A stretch of DNA of 64,000 nucleotides from Azolla caroliniana (Eukaryota; Plantae; Polypodiophyta). Positions 37,232 through 50,491 of the stretch are shown here, piece by piece; the stretch's first letter is position 1; every line of letters begins with the position of its first letter. The translations under genes and the position numbers were made by a program. The notes under the pieces are model-generated. The model was not told where the DNA came from and ran no database searches. It saw nothing but the letters and a program-made list of their open reading frames with translations. The stretch spans positions 21,576,001-21,640,000 of the forward strand of contig JBHGNT010000007.1 in the NCBI GenBank assembly GCA_043228905.1, written 5' to 3'.

Positions 37232-40200
37232 TGTCGCGTTGTTACGAGCGTGCGTGGAGAAAGGCGGGACCACGGGGGTCTTGGACGAGAGAGTAATGGA
37301 GCGTAGGGAGTCGTGCTTCACTGTTTCTGGGGCATCCCAGAAGCACACCGGAAGCAACCGAAGGGAGAGAGAGAGAGAGAGAGAGAGAGAGCGTGCTTAA
37401 CACCGACTCACGCACACGCACACGCACACGCACACGCAGCTCAACCCGACTCACGCCTTATGTACAGAAAACGCAGGAGAGGGTAAGCACCCGACGCCAA
37501 CAACGACGCGAATATACACAGACAAACATAAACGTATATGTATGTATATATATATGAAGAATACATTCCCGGCTTCGAGCCGGACTGAGGTAGGTTACAG
37601 TAGTCGTTTGCTGCCAAGCCGCCGTTGGGGAGCTCTCAGCTCGTCACGCCGAGCGAGGTCTTGCACAAGAGGCCTAACCAAAGCAAACCCTAAGCAAACA
37701 CGAAGGAGAGAGAAGAAGAACCTAACTCTAAACCTAACGGTATACCCTCTAATGCAAAATGGGCAACCCTTTTACAAAGGGCGTTCCCTTCCTTTTATAG
37801 AACAAGGAAAGGGAGGCATTACAATGTGGGACAAATCCCAACTTACATGGGATCGTCTGTCCCGACTTGACTACTCTTCGGCGCCATAAAGGCGTCCTTG
37901 ACATTCACACTAAATGTACACGGGTGCGTACACACGCTGCACCCCACCGATGTAGCCAATGTTTCCCGGTTTCCGCCTTTGGCCGAAATTCTTCACGACA
38001 TCCGCCCCCACCTAACTGCACGTCCACCGGCACGTGCCAATTATGGTTGAAGGGTGAGAGATTTCGGTCGGCGAGAAACTGGTCTTCCGTGATCCGCATC
38101 CTGGCTTGCTGCCGGTTTGATCCGTCGGCTTCGAGTCTTCCGTTGCGCTCGCCTCCCTGTAGGCTCGTTCGACCCGTCGATGGGTCCTCTGCCGCGATCT
38201 CCGTAGTACGCGTACTTCTGTTGGCCCTTGTTCGGCCGTATGAACGCCCTGCTTCCCGCCGTATGACCGATGTCCTCCGCTTGAGGCATGCCCGTAGTGG
38301 TCCGCTTGACCCTTCCGTTCACCAACCGTGATGTCCTGATGTCGTCCCATGTTGTTTCGCGTGGCCACCGCCCTCTCGCCGCCACATTCCTTCTCCATGG
38401 TCTTACATTGCCGCGTTGGCTCGAACCTCCATGGTCTCCGGAACGGCGTGGAAGATCCCTTTCCGGCCTTCTCCGCACTTGCCTTCCCGCTCCGGCACCT
38501 CCGTGTGCCTTTCTCCGGTTTATTGCACGCCTTGTCGGCCCTTTCCGGCCAGATCATGCATCGCCGCTCACCTGCATACCGGTGTCCTCTGCATCCGAGG
38601 AACACCCCGTAGTAGCCCGCTTGGCCCTTCCCGTCTTCGTGCTGCTGCAACAGGTCTTGAGTCTTCCACTTCCTTCGTTCGGGCCGCCCGTGCCGAACAC
38701 CGTCCCGTAGTCACGCTTCGATCCGGCCCGCGATGGCCACTTGCGAGACTCTTGTTCTGTCCAAAGTGTGCCTTTCCGGCCTGACACACCTCCCCGTGTT
38801 CACCCCTACCGGCTCCTTCCGATACCTCCCGTCGTCGGGTCTCGTTCCCTGCCGCCACCGTCCTTCTCCCTCAGTCTCACGTTGCCACGTTGGCCGAACT
38901 GCCGGAGTCTCCGGATCGGTGTGAGGGTCCCATAGGACCGGACTCCGTTTCTATGCTTGCCGAAACTAGGGTGTCTTTTGTTTGAGTCCCACCCGGACTC
39001 TCCTCGTGTCTTCCGCGTAGTCGGGTCCCGTTTCCCATCGCCACCAACCTTCTCTCTCGGTCTCATGTTGCCACGTTGGCCGAACTGCCGGAGTCTCTGG
39101 TTAAGTGTGGGGATCCCGTAGGACCGGACTTCCTTACGCCCATTGTCTTCGTCACCTCGCCGCCACCGTCAGTATCTTGGTCTTACGTCGGTCACGTTGC
39201 CGACCGCCAAAGTCTCTAGAACCGGTGTGAAGGATCCTTCGTAGACCGCCCATCCGTAGCCCTTGCCTTCGTCACCTCGCCGCCACCGTCAGTATCTTGG
39301 TCTTACGTCGGCCGCGTTGCCGACCGCCGAAGTCTCTAGAACCGGTGTGAAGGATCCTTCGTAGACCGTCGTCGCCTTCTTGACCCTGTCTCGGGTCGTC
39401 CCTTTCCGCATTGCCGAGAGGGCGTTTTGTTTCGCACCCTCTCCCGTGGTACCGACGTACCGTGTCCTCGGCCTCTTCGTAGGCCTGCTCTCTTCCTCCC
39501 TCCCGGAATGGTCATCCGGGAGTCCGCTCCGCCCGGTTCTCGTCCAGGTCCGTTCGTCCTTCTTCGGATTGCCGGGTCCCGTTCTCCTGTCACCACCGAT
39601 CTCTCGTATAGGACTTACGACGGCACTCGGGCCGGCAGCCGGATCGGTGTAAGGAATCCCATAGGACCGGCTTTCATTCTCGTTCATAATCTCGACCTTC
39701 GCTCGGTCGGTCTTTCTCCCCATGTAAAAGAGGGCAGCTCGTCCCGCACCCTCTCCCGTATCGGCACCTTTATGCCGAGCCCGGCCTCGATCGAACGACC
39801 CACGACCGGATCACGCTCCACCCGTATCGGAATGCCGATCTCCACGTGCCGTGTCCGTCCTCGGCCTTCCCGCAGGCCGTCTCCCATCCGTCTTCGCTGG
39901 CATCATGCCAGGACTCCTCGGTACCGCCATCCATCTCCTCGGTCTTATATGGGCATACGGTCCCGAATGCCGAGTTCTCCGGAATTGGGTCCGTGGGCTT
40001 TTGTCCGCTCCTTCCCCGTATCGTCTCGCTGGTGATTCTTGGCCTTTCGCCGCCGCCTTCCTCCACTTGGGACTCACGTGGGCACTCGGGCCCGACTGCC
40101 ATCGCCTCGGGAGTAAGTGTGGGAAGACACAAAGAATTGCCCGTCCGTTTTACGCCCTTGTCCGTAGCCACCGGCTCTCCGTGGTCGGCGGTCGTCTTCT

Positions 40201-41891
40201 TACCGATCACGCAAGCCCCGTCTGGGCTTGCTTCTCCAATGACCAGGATCTCGGGCTGACACGCCCGAAACCGCTGGTCCCAACGTTCCGGTTCCGCGAT
40301 CGGTATCTCGGCCTCGTCCTTGGCCGTTCTATCTCCGCAAGTCGAGAGGGCGTTTTGTTCCGCACCCTCTCCCGTGGTACCGTGGTACCGATCTTCCGCC
40401 GTCGCGTGGGGCAAGTCCGTACGCCTCCGCAATCCTGGCCCCAACGCCGATCCTTGCCAACTCCCTTTTCCGTTCGGCCTCTTCCCGTTGTGATGGCACG
40501 TCGTCGCGTACCTTCCTCTTAGCCTTCTCGGCTCGCTCGTTGTCTAGCCGTTGGCACACCCTTCCGACCTTCGCCCATTCGCTCCATCATCGTCTTCGAG
40601 TTCAATCCCGATGGCTTCCCGTTCCACTCCCACCAAACCTTGTTCCCGCTCCGGGAGCCGAGCAAGCCGCCGCTCGAACTCTCGGAACACCTTCGTTGCA
40701 CCCCGGTGGGTTTTTGCCGTTGCTACCCACTGGTCGAAATCGTGTCGTCCCCGACTCTTTCGCCGTCCTCCGTATGCCTTCAAGAGCGCCTCTTCGAAGG
40801 TCTCCCACGAACTATGAGCCTCACGGAGCTCCTTCACTTCCGCATGCATCCGGACAGCTACGACCCGACAGAAGAACTCCAGCCTCAACGCCTCGTCTAC
40901 GCCACACTCCTCCATTTCCACGTTGTAGGCTTCTAGGTAATATGGGACTTTGTCCCTGTTGAAACGGCCGACTCTTTTGACCACTCGCTCAACCGCTTGT
41001 TGCGCTGCTTCTCGCCTCATCACCACTCGTGCCGACTCCAACACCACTTCGGCCACCATCTCCGCAAGGTCGTCGTCTTCCGACTCCATCCTCCCTTGCC
41101 ACCTTTCACGTCGGGTTCACCAAATATGTCGCGTTGTTACGCGCGTGCGTGGAGAAAGGCGGGACCACGGGGGTCTTGGACGAGAGAGTGATGGAGCGTA
41201 GGGAGTCGTGCTTCACTGTTTCTGGGGCATCCCAGAAGCACACCGGAAGCAACCGAAGGGAGAGATAGAGAGAGAGAGAGAGCGTGCTTAACACCGACTC
41301 ACGTACACACACACACACACGCACGCGCGTATCAACCCGACTCACGCCTTATGTACAGAAAACGCAGGAGAGGGTAAGCACCCGACGCCAACAACGACGC
41401 GAATATACACAGACAAACATAAACGTATATGTATATATATATATATGAAGAATACATTCCTGGCTTCGAGCCGGACTGAGGTAGGTTACAATAGTCGTCT
41501 GCTGCCAAGCCGCCGTCGGGGAGCTCTCAGCTCGTCGCGCCGAGCGGGGTCTTGCACAAGAGGCCTAACCAAAGCAAACCCTAAGCAAACACGAAGGAGA
41601 GAGAAGAAGAACCTAACTCTAAACCTAACGGTATATCCTCTAATGCAAAATGGGCAACCCTTTTACAAAGGGCGTTCCCTTCCTTTTATAGAACAAGGAA
41701 AGGGAGGCATTACAATGCGGGACAAATCCCGACTTACATGGGATCGTCTGTCCTGACTTGACTACTCTTCGGCGCCATAAAGCCGTCCTTGACATTCACA
41801 CTAAATGTACACGGGTGCGTACACACGCTGCACCCTGCCAATGTAGCCAATGTTTCCCGGTTTTCGCCTTTGGCCGAAATTCTTCACGGCA
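37232..41891 (-). mobile_element. Non-autonomous Gypsy-related LTR element I (gag only, TR-GAG-like), 4-bp TSD ACGT
   Basis: LTRs 41127-41891 (5') and 37232-38000 (3'). PPT TGGGGGCGGA next to 38000. Gag-like ORF 41089-40544 aligns by eye with Gypsy D gag. No PR, RT, RH or IN motif is visible. TSD at 37228-37231 and 41892-41895. Confidence 0.9.
41105..41122 (-). promoter_or_regulatory. 18-nt primer-binding site complementary to plant cytosolic tRNA-Trp
   Basis: Plus-strand TTCACGTCGGGTTCACCA equals the recalled 3' end of plant tRNA-Trp(CCA) including CCA. It lies 4 nt from the LTR. A decayed copy is at 17967 in Gypsy D. Confidence 0.85.
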
Positions 41892-44800
41892 ACGTCTCCT
41901 ATGCCGACAATTCGGCATGTACCTTCATTCCCCATCCGGACACAGCCGTGATCACCGGCTGAGTAGGATGAGAAGCATTTCCGGTCTGGGGTAAGGTGGA
42001 ACGACACTCCAGAGTCGACCACCCAGGTCATCTCGTCGCCAGCAAGGTTTAGCTCACCCTCCTCGGTGATGAGCATCAACTCTTCTTCACTTGCCGCGAT
42101 TGCCGTCGTTCCCTTCCGGTCTTTACCGTTCCGGTCCGGTGTCTGCTTCGAATCGGTACCGTCGGTTTCCTTGTCTTTTCGGAAGTGCCGACAGTTTTTC
42201 TAGAAGTGTCCCGGCTTGCAGCAATAGAAACAGGTAGGCCTCCCCCTTGACTTTGACTGTGTCCCCGACTTCTACCGATTCTGGGGACTACAATTCCTTT
42301 GTCTTCCGCGTTCTGATTCGGTGAGGAGCGCTTTGGAGTCGGAGCTCGTATCCTTATCTTTCCGACGCGCCTCCTCATCTAGCAAGCTCGACTTCACCCT
42401 TGCTAGGGATAACCGTTTCCCTTCTGGCCCGGCGTTGCCCAAGGTGACAACCAACGTCTCCCAGCTATCTAGGAGGGAACCGAGCAGGAGTAGCGCTAGT
42501 ACCTCCTCGGCGAGAGGTACTTCCAATGATGTTGCCTGGTGGATCAGCCCCCAGAAGGCATTCATGTGCTCCGCCATGCTGGAGCCATCTTGGTACCAGA
42601 GTCTTACTAGCTTCCGAAATACCGAAACCTGATTAACATCATTTTTGTTTTGAAACATAATGTCGATCTTCTCCCGGAGCTCATGAGCCTTGCTCTCTTC
42701 ATTGAAGTTGTTGTATAGGCTCATGTCGATGAAGCACCCTATTGAGGCCGTTGTCTTCATGTGCATCACCTCCCATATCGTGGCTTTGATTTTGTCCGGT
42801 CTCTTGTTCTCGAACTGAGTCTAGGATCAAACATAGAAAACGAATAATGAACGCACGACACATTGAAGAGAAGAGTACACAGGATGTTTACCTGGAAAAC
42901 CCAAACTAGGGAAATAAACCATGGCAGCCCACAGGCTGCAAACTATCACTATGTTATAATGTACAACAATAAAGCACCGAGGCAACAAGCTCGAGCTTTC
43001 TATCTTCGCCACAGGCGGCTGTTACAACAGAGGCAACGACCTCTTCCTCTCTCTCTCTCTCTCTGTACACAGTTACGCTCTCAAATCTTGCACCAATAAG
43101 AAATGACCACTTCCCTTGTGACTAAGTTTGCCCTAAGTCATATTTATACTAATATGACTTTTCGGCTATTTGCAAATATAGCCCCGATGGACTCTCAGAA
43201 ACATATTTACGAATATGTCCCTTCATCCGGTGAGCACTCTCCACCGGGCTTGCATCATCCGGCGCTTGCCGAGCACACGTCATCCGGTTCTCACCGGGTC
43301 TTCCGTTGCCGGGTACACCACATCCGGTTCTCACCGGGTCTTCCGTTGTCGGGTACTCCACATCCAGTTCTCACCGGGTCTTCCGTTGCCGAGTACTGCA
43401 CATCAGGTTCTCACCGGGTCTTCCGTTGCCGGGTACTCCACATCCGGTTCTTTTGACTTCCCATCCGGAGGGACCTGTTTCCTAACAATACCTTCATTCC
43501 CCATCCGGACACAGCCGTGATCACCGGCTATGTAGGATGAGAAGCATTTCAAGTCCGGGGTAAGGTGGAACGACGCTCCGGAATCGACAACCCACGTTGT
43601 CTCGTCGCCGGCAAGGTTCAACTCACTCTCCTCGATGATGAGCATCAACTCTTCTTCACTTGCCGCGATTGTCGTCATTCCCTTCCGGTTCGGTCCCCTC
43701 CGGTCTTTACCGTTCCGGTCCAGTGTCCGCTTTGAATCGATACCGTCGGTTTCCTTGTCTTTTCGGAAGTGTCAATAGTTCTTTTGGAAGTGTCCCGGCT
43801 TGCCGCAATAGAAGCAAGTAGGCCTCCCCCTTGACTTTGACCGTGTCCCCAACTTTTCCCGGTTCTGGGGACTACGGTTCCTTTGTCTTCCACGTTCTGA
43901 TTCGGTAAGGAGCACTTTGGAGTCGGAGCTCGTATCCTTGTCTTTCCGACGCGCCTCCTCATCTAGCAAGCTCGACTTCACCCTTGCTAGGGATAATCGT
44001 TTCCCTTCCGGCCCAGCGTTGCCCAAAGTGACAACCAACGTCTCCCAGCTATCTAGGAGGGAACCGAGCAGGAGTAGAGGTAGTACCTCATCAGCGAGAG
44101 GTACTTCCAATGATGTTGCCTGGTGGATCAGCCCCCAGAAGGCATTCATGTGCTCCGCCATGCTGGAGCCATCTTGGTACTGGAGTCTTACTAGCTTCCG
44201 AAATACCGAAACCTGATTAACCGCATTTTTGTTCTAAAACATAATGCCGATCTTCTCCCAAAGCTCATGAGCCTTGCTCTCTTCATTGAAGTTGTTGTAT
44301 AGACTCATGTCGATGAAGCACCGTATGTACGCCGTTGTCTTCATGTGCATCACCTCCCATATCGTGGCATCTATTTTGTTCGGTCTCTTGTCCCCGAACT
44401 GAACCGGCAACCAAAGATCTTTAACCACTAGCATGTCCCTCATCTTCGACTTCCACACTGAATAGTTGGAGCCGTTGAGCTTGAACATGCCTCCCAACGA
44501 ATTGTCCATTTTTCTGTGTCGTTTCGCTCTGATACCAATTTGAAGAGAAATAAGCGGAATATTCTCCGGCCACAACCGAAGTGTAGATCACTTGATGACA
44601 ATCAAACACAGAAGAAATGGGAATGGAGGTAAGTACACAAATAGAAAGAGAATACACAAGATGTTAACGTGGAAAACCCTGAGAGGGAAAAACCACAGTA
44701 GTCCACAGACTCCAAACTATCACTATGTCAAGGAGTACAACAGGGAGCACAGAGGATCTTCGCCTAGCGGCGGTTACAACAGAGACATGCTCTGTATCGC

Positions 44801-45096
44801 TCTCTCTCTCTCTCTATGTATAGTCGTTACACCAATAATCAACACTGTACACAATAATTACAACCCACTATTTGCCCTAGGTCACATTTATACTAATGTG
44901 ACATTAGGACTATTTACAGATATAGCCCCAATGGGCTCTCAAGAACATATCTACATATATGTCCCTTCATCCGGTGAGAGGTTCTCACCGGGCCTGCAAC
45001 ATCCGGTTCTCACCGGGTCTTCCGTTGCCGGGTACTCCACATTTAGTTCCGATGCTGGACCTTCGTATCCCATCCGGAGGGACCGAGATCCTAACA

Positions 45097-47400
45097 CAAG
45101 CAAGTTGCTCAGGATCATCCATGATTGAATGTTAAGACGTAGATTGAGATGCCTCAACACACATGTTAAAATCACCCATAAGTAATCTTGGACGGGCCAC
45201 ACACGGGGTTTGATGGACTGAGCCCCATAATGCAATACGTTGAGTGGCTTGGTTAGGGGCATAAATCCCAACCACCCACACAACCTTGCCAAAAAAAGTG
45301 ATTTCAACAACCAAAAACCGACCACAAGGATCATTATGCACCACTTGATGATAACATTTATCCCGCACGATTAATAGCACGCATGAATAATGATTATCAA
45401 GATGTCCTGCATAAAATGATGAGTATCCAGACAAATGAACTATGGATCTTGCTAACTCATGACACTTGTGCTCAACTGCACATAATACATCCCATTCTTG
45501 ACTTAACAAAGTTTCCCATAATATATACTTCTTATGAGTAGAACATGTCCCTCTCACATTCCATCTTACCACTTTCATTCAATCAACAATGTTATGGGTG
45601 CACTTGCTCCTTTAGAGCAACCGATGTCATGAAACTACTCAAAGCATGTTCCAATGTTGCATATGCATTTTCATGCACCATATCCTTAGGGTTGTCTATC
45701 AAAATCTTTTGTTTCGGTTCTCCCCCTTGATGAAAACCTTGAGAATTCGATGAATTTACAACTCGTCCCAATGAATCAAATTGAAGGTGAAGGGGTAATC
45801 CCTTATCCCTAAATTGTCGTTGCCAAGGAACTTTTCAAGCACCCTCCCTAGTTCCTGAATTAACTTGCCAAGTAGTCTTACGAGTATTGTGCAAACTATT
45901 ATGTTGCATATTTATTGATTTCCCGTTCGACTTGCCCTTAACCTTATGCCAATCTTTGTCAACAACAACATCACTACTAGTTCTATCCAACAATTTTCCC
46001 CCCTTATCTATAACCACTAAACTTTGTTTTTCCATATCCATAGATTGAGTTCCCTTATTCTTAGGGCCCAAACCTTGAAGTGAGACCTCTTTATAACCTG
46101 CTCTAGATGATGTTCCTTCATCCATAACAACCACAATATCTAAAACACCAACATCTCTCGCAACTCCTTCCTTACCATTCCCTTCATTAGGAACCTCTAT
46201 AGTTGAAGGACAATGACTGTGGCATTCCCCCATAAAGTGACCTCATTCACCACATCCAAAACAATGACCTGCAAATGTCTTCCACTTCAATTTAAAACAA
46301 AGTCTTTTCATACTAGGTGTGTTCATACGCACCCATCTTGGCCTCTTACGACTTGTATCCCATAACACACAAAATCTCCACTTATTTGTAGCATTTGCAT
46401 GTGGAGCTACCAACACTTTATCCATTTGATTCATCAACTCTGGAAAAAGTGACCATAAAAAAGCATGCTTACAATCCACTATTACCCAAACATGGCATTC
46501 TTGTTTTAACAAAGCATGATAGTCCACTACAGGGGACCATTGCATTACATGCACCAATTGTTTATCAAAAAACATAGGAACTTTAGCCAACAATGCACTT
46601 CGATGTTCCGGTGAACAAAATACTACATCATGAAACCCTCATGGTCCTGCATATATATTTTCAACACAATTTGGTGACACCATTGTTTAATTCAATTAAT
46701 GTATGGGAGTTTCCCGGTAAAAAATAATATAACCGCACGATCATAAAATACATCAAAAGATTGCAACACTGCCTTAGCATCAACTTCCACATCATGCACA
46801 TCCTCATCAATGTATTCTTTCGCTTCTTTTTCTTTTTCTTCCACAATATCAAACAACAAGGTATTGGCAATTCCCCATAAATTATCCCAATTACAATGAT
46901 CCTTCTCAACCTCATCTACATGTATTACTTCGGCATATGTCAATTTTTTCTCATTAATTTCCTCAATACTCTTAAACCTTTTAGAGCTTCGAATGTATTC
47001 CCTTTCACGATTACATTCAACCATCACATTACTCTTTTTTTGATCAATTGTTTCCATATCGATGTACCCCACAATTTGTGAGGAATTCATGTTTATATCC
47101 ATTATTCTTGATGTGATATCGATCCGGGATAAAAACTATTTTCCATGAACAAGAGAGACAACCGGAACTCACCCGATTGAAGAGATCGAAGATGATGAAG
47201 GCAATAGAAGACCCACAATGTGTGTTGAGTATGTGGATGTCGACAACACAAGATTCCTTATTTCTATCTCTGCTTATCGTACAGACCACCAAACTTAACT
47301 TGTTATATCTCGTTACGAAGCTCTAATCGAGGGCTTTCTAATGCCTATCTTTATGCTCAATTTCGTTGCCGATAGAGAGCACAACAATAAAAACAAACTT
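45097..47400 (-). mobile_element. L1-like LINE 5' part: degenerate ORF1 (DUF4283-like plus CCHC) and ORF2 APE endonuclease; 5' boundary approximate
   Basis: MKVVRWNVRG...AVEHK...GIYAPN...MGDFN at 45578-45132. ORF1 pieces FYDRAVILFFTG, PMFFDKQLVHVMQWSP and CFGCGE*GHFMGEC. Confidence 0.88.
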
Positions 47401-47831
47401 GCTTCTTCTTCTTCTTCCCCTCTCCACTCTTGCTTTTTTTTCCTCTCTCTCTCTCTCTCTAGGGAGAACATGTACAATTTTTACAAAGCATTAAGTATCT
47501 TGGCATCGATGTACCTGCCACAAATAAATGGAGCATAGTATGAACCATATGTACCATACGTGCATTCGCATTCACGAATGATTCAATCATTCGAGTATGG
47601 TAAACACCATAGAAGAATGGTAAATACCATAATTTTGGATTAACTATTTATTGTGAGGTAAATAAACATAAAAAAAGGAAAAAAACACAAGAATGTTTGA
47701 ATAACATTTGCATTCGTTTTCCAACGTTGGAAAAAGAATGTTATGTTAGACGACCACGAATTTTACGTATTATGAAATGGAGCATATGATTTGAGTCTAG
47801 ACTTCAAGCTGGTTGAAACATTTATTATCTG

Positions 47832-48850
47832 TTGGAATATAAATACAACCAAATTGATACTCGTGGATGGGAAGTGAAACTAATGTTATTTAATGCCATG
47901 GTAACACAAATTTTGCTTTATGGAGTAAAAGTGTGGGGAGGCACTATCTCTGTTAATGCATGGAATGAGGTTGAGAATATTAAAAAGATGGTTTTAAGAA
48001 GACAATTGAGAGTAAAATCCACCACCTCTATCAAGTTATGCCCTTGGAAACAAGTGTTCGACCAATTCCGATATATTGGCGTTACAAAGAGTATAGAGAT
48101 AAATTTAAAAAGTGAACAATGTGCCAAACCATAGATTACCACATCTTGCTTGGAATGTTGGATGTAAACTATAAAAGAATCACATAAGCAAAATTCTTTC
48201 ATCTGGTTGGGTAGTTGGCATGAAAAAATGGTTCAAAAGATGGGACGTGGAAGATTTCTTAGAGCTTTCAACTGATGCCATGAAATATGTAGTTATTGAG
48301 GAAAGATTAATGGACCCACTAAGGAAGAAGTGGAAAGATGCTAAAAGGAAAAAAATTAGAATATTACATTGCAAACATCAATCCTAAATGTTGGGTTCAA
48401 TATAAGTCAAGAAGGCCTATTGATCCTGTTCAACCTTATCTCATAGAGCCCTAACACTCCTTAGCACTCGATCACACAACCTAGGTATTGGAGTCGCATT
48501 ATGTATAAAAATCAGCCAAATATAAAGACATGTAAGGTATCCTAGGAAGGGCTGGTGGAGGATGAACATCAATTGTTTTTTACATGCTTTCCAGATACAT
48601 AGTGCAATTCTTGAAAGCTATGATGATATATTAAGAGAGGGTGATGACTTGAGTATCACACTAAAGGGAACACCTAGAAGGTTGAGCTCATATGTGTATG
48701 CCTTATTCACCCATCGAGACTTGGTGCTTCAAAGTATGAATATTCCTTCTTAGGAAGGAGACACACATGAAGATAACTTTTGTACTTAGGTCCTATGGAT
48801 CAATATTGGCCTCTCTATGGATGGTAAATAAAATAAAATCTATCTATCTC
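47832..48850 (+). mobile_element. 5'-truncated, degenerate non-LTR retrotransposon 3' end (RTE/L2-like C-terminal region)
   Basis: KLMLFNAMVTQILLYGVKVWG...ENIKKMVLRRQLRVKSTT resembles the post-RT region of such LINEs. Ends in AATAAAATAAAATCTATCTATCT. Confidence 0.6.
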
Positions 48851-49654
48851 TTTGCGCTCAATATTCACCACACTTTAGGCCCAATCTCATCAATCACAAT
48901 CGGTCTCCCGTGGCCATTAGAAAGGTATCCATCCCAATCTATCTATTTATCTATATATATAATTATGTGTACAAATATTTTGTCAATAGTCTAGGAATGT
49001 TTGGTATTCTTTGTAGTTCAATGGTTGTTATATTCAATACTTGTAGCTTGCAATTGATTGACCCACAAGTTTGAAATTTGTTCTTGACAAGTCAATTCAC
49101 GAGCAATTTATACTAGTATATACTTTTCCATTGAATCTGGTTTAGAATTTTCCATTCAAAATGGTATATTTATATCTTAGAGGGATAACGATTGACCCCA
49201 CCTTTCTATAACAAATATGTCCGAAAATGCCATTTAAGATAATTTGATTGGAATACGAGATCGACAAACCTCATGCATCAAAAATTTGGACCAATTCATT
49301 ATGACCAAATCATACCAACTATGTCTCATTCTCATATATGATATCAATATAGAATCCAAATATCCTAAACCACGACATAATTATCAGCAAGTGTAAGATA
49401 CAAATGCATCGTCACTTAATTCATACCATAGTATTCTTATGCGTATAATCCCCAGAATTTAAAATCCACGTTCGATACGTAGCATCATTAACACCAATGC
49501 ATATTTATCCATCAAGCATTGACCACGACTACGCAACCAATGAGATGCCTAGTGGACAAGTCAAGAGACCATATTATGCACATATCGTTATGATATTGGA
49601 AGAGAGAGATCAGAATTTGTTACTAGCGATCAAAGTTTGTTACTTACGATCAGA

Positions 49655-50113
49655 GTTTGTTACTTAAGATACTAACCAATAGGATCAATAATCAGATGAC
49701 TATAAATCAATGGTTCCATGTAATATGTGTGGCAACCCATTCAACTAGCCGAAGACATGTTTCTTCGATACATTGTTACTTAAGATACTAACTATTAATA
49801 GGATCAATAATCAAACGGCTATAAATCAAATGGTTCCATGTAATAATATAACCGACTAGCTGAAGATATGTTTCTTCGATACATTGTTACTTATTAAAGA
49901 GATACGAACCAATAGGATCAATAATCACACGACTATAAATCAATGGTCACATGTAAATATAAGGAAATGAAGATATGTTTCTTCGATACGTTGCTACTTA
50001 TTAAAGAGATACGAACCAATCTAGGATCAATAATCGCACGACTATAAATCAATGGTCCCATGTAAATATAAGGAAACAATTTCGACTAGCTGAAGACATT
50101 TTTGTTCGATACA
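49655..50113. repeat. About 110-120 bp tandem repeat, 4 copies, upstream of the RLK gene
   Basis: Recurrent TTGTTACTTA...AGGATCAATAATC...CTATAAATCAATGG...CATGTAA...TTCGATAC starting near 49657, 49773, 49884 and 49991. Confidence 0.85.
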
Positions 50114-50491
50114 GGTTGTCATAGTCCTAGAAAAGAACCATTGGTCTTATCATTCTAATTGAGTCTACTATACTCTTACTTACATCTACAAATCAAACAA
50201 AATGCAATAGTTTATTTAATTTACAAATTTAGACCCCCCCCCCCCCCCCCCCCAATAGCTTTGTGGAACCAGTCTTTTTTTTGTACTTAAAATTTGTGTG
50301 TGAGGCTATATTTTGGAGTTTTATCTACTTAATTTCTTTTGAGCAATATTTGGGGATATGTAAATTATTGTACATTCATTCTTGCTTAATTATAGTAATT
50401 AAGCTCATCAATCCTTCGTTTTGGCGCCGCGATTAGGACTTAATTATAGTAATTAAGCCCTTAATTGCTCCTGCTAATCACGCCTTTAGCT

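Larger units (their letters stand above)
27628..43487 (-). mobile_element. Tnt1/Tork-like Copia element F inserted in the protease region of C (TSD GTACC/ATACC); carries an extra LTR and two nested elements
   Basis: Matching LTRs 27628-28267 and 42821-43487; the latter has lost its U5 end, PBS and gag start. Coding pieces at 41892-42820, 36728-37231 and 28966-31452. Element C rejoins as GGCATGTACC|TTCATTCCCC. Confidence 0.85.
14385..45096 (-). mobile_element. Tnt1/Tork-like Copia element C inserted in the LINE endonuclease, TSD CAAGC; hosts about 25 kb of nested elements
   Basis: LTRs 44541-45096 (5') and 14385-15016 (3'). iMet PBS at 44526-44537. PPT after 15016. Own coding pieces: 43488-44510 (gag-PR), 27427-27627, and 15027-17289 (IN-RT-RH). 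TSD at 14380-14384 and 45097-45101. Confidence 0.93.

Noticed and set aside
38012-40560. Many overlapping 100-220 aa ORFs on both strands as env-like or captured genes
   Set aside because: The sequence is GC-rich and stop-poor, with no recognisable domain, signal peptide or TM pattern.
41105-41122. tRNA-Trp gene
   Set aside because: Only the 3' 18 nt including CCA are present next to an LTR, so it is a PBS and not a cloverleaf.
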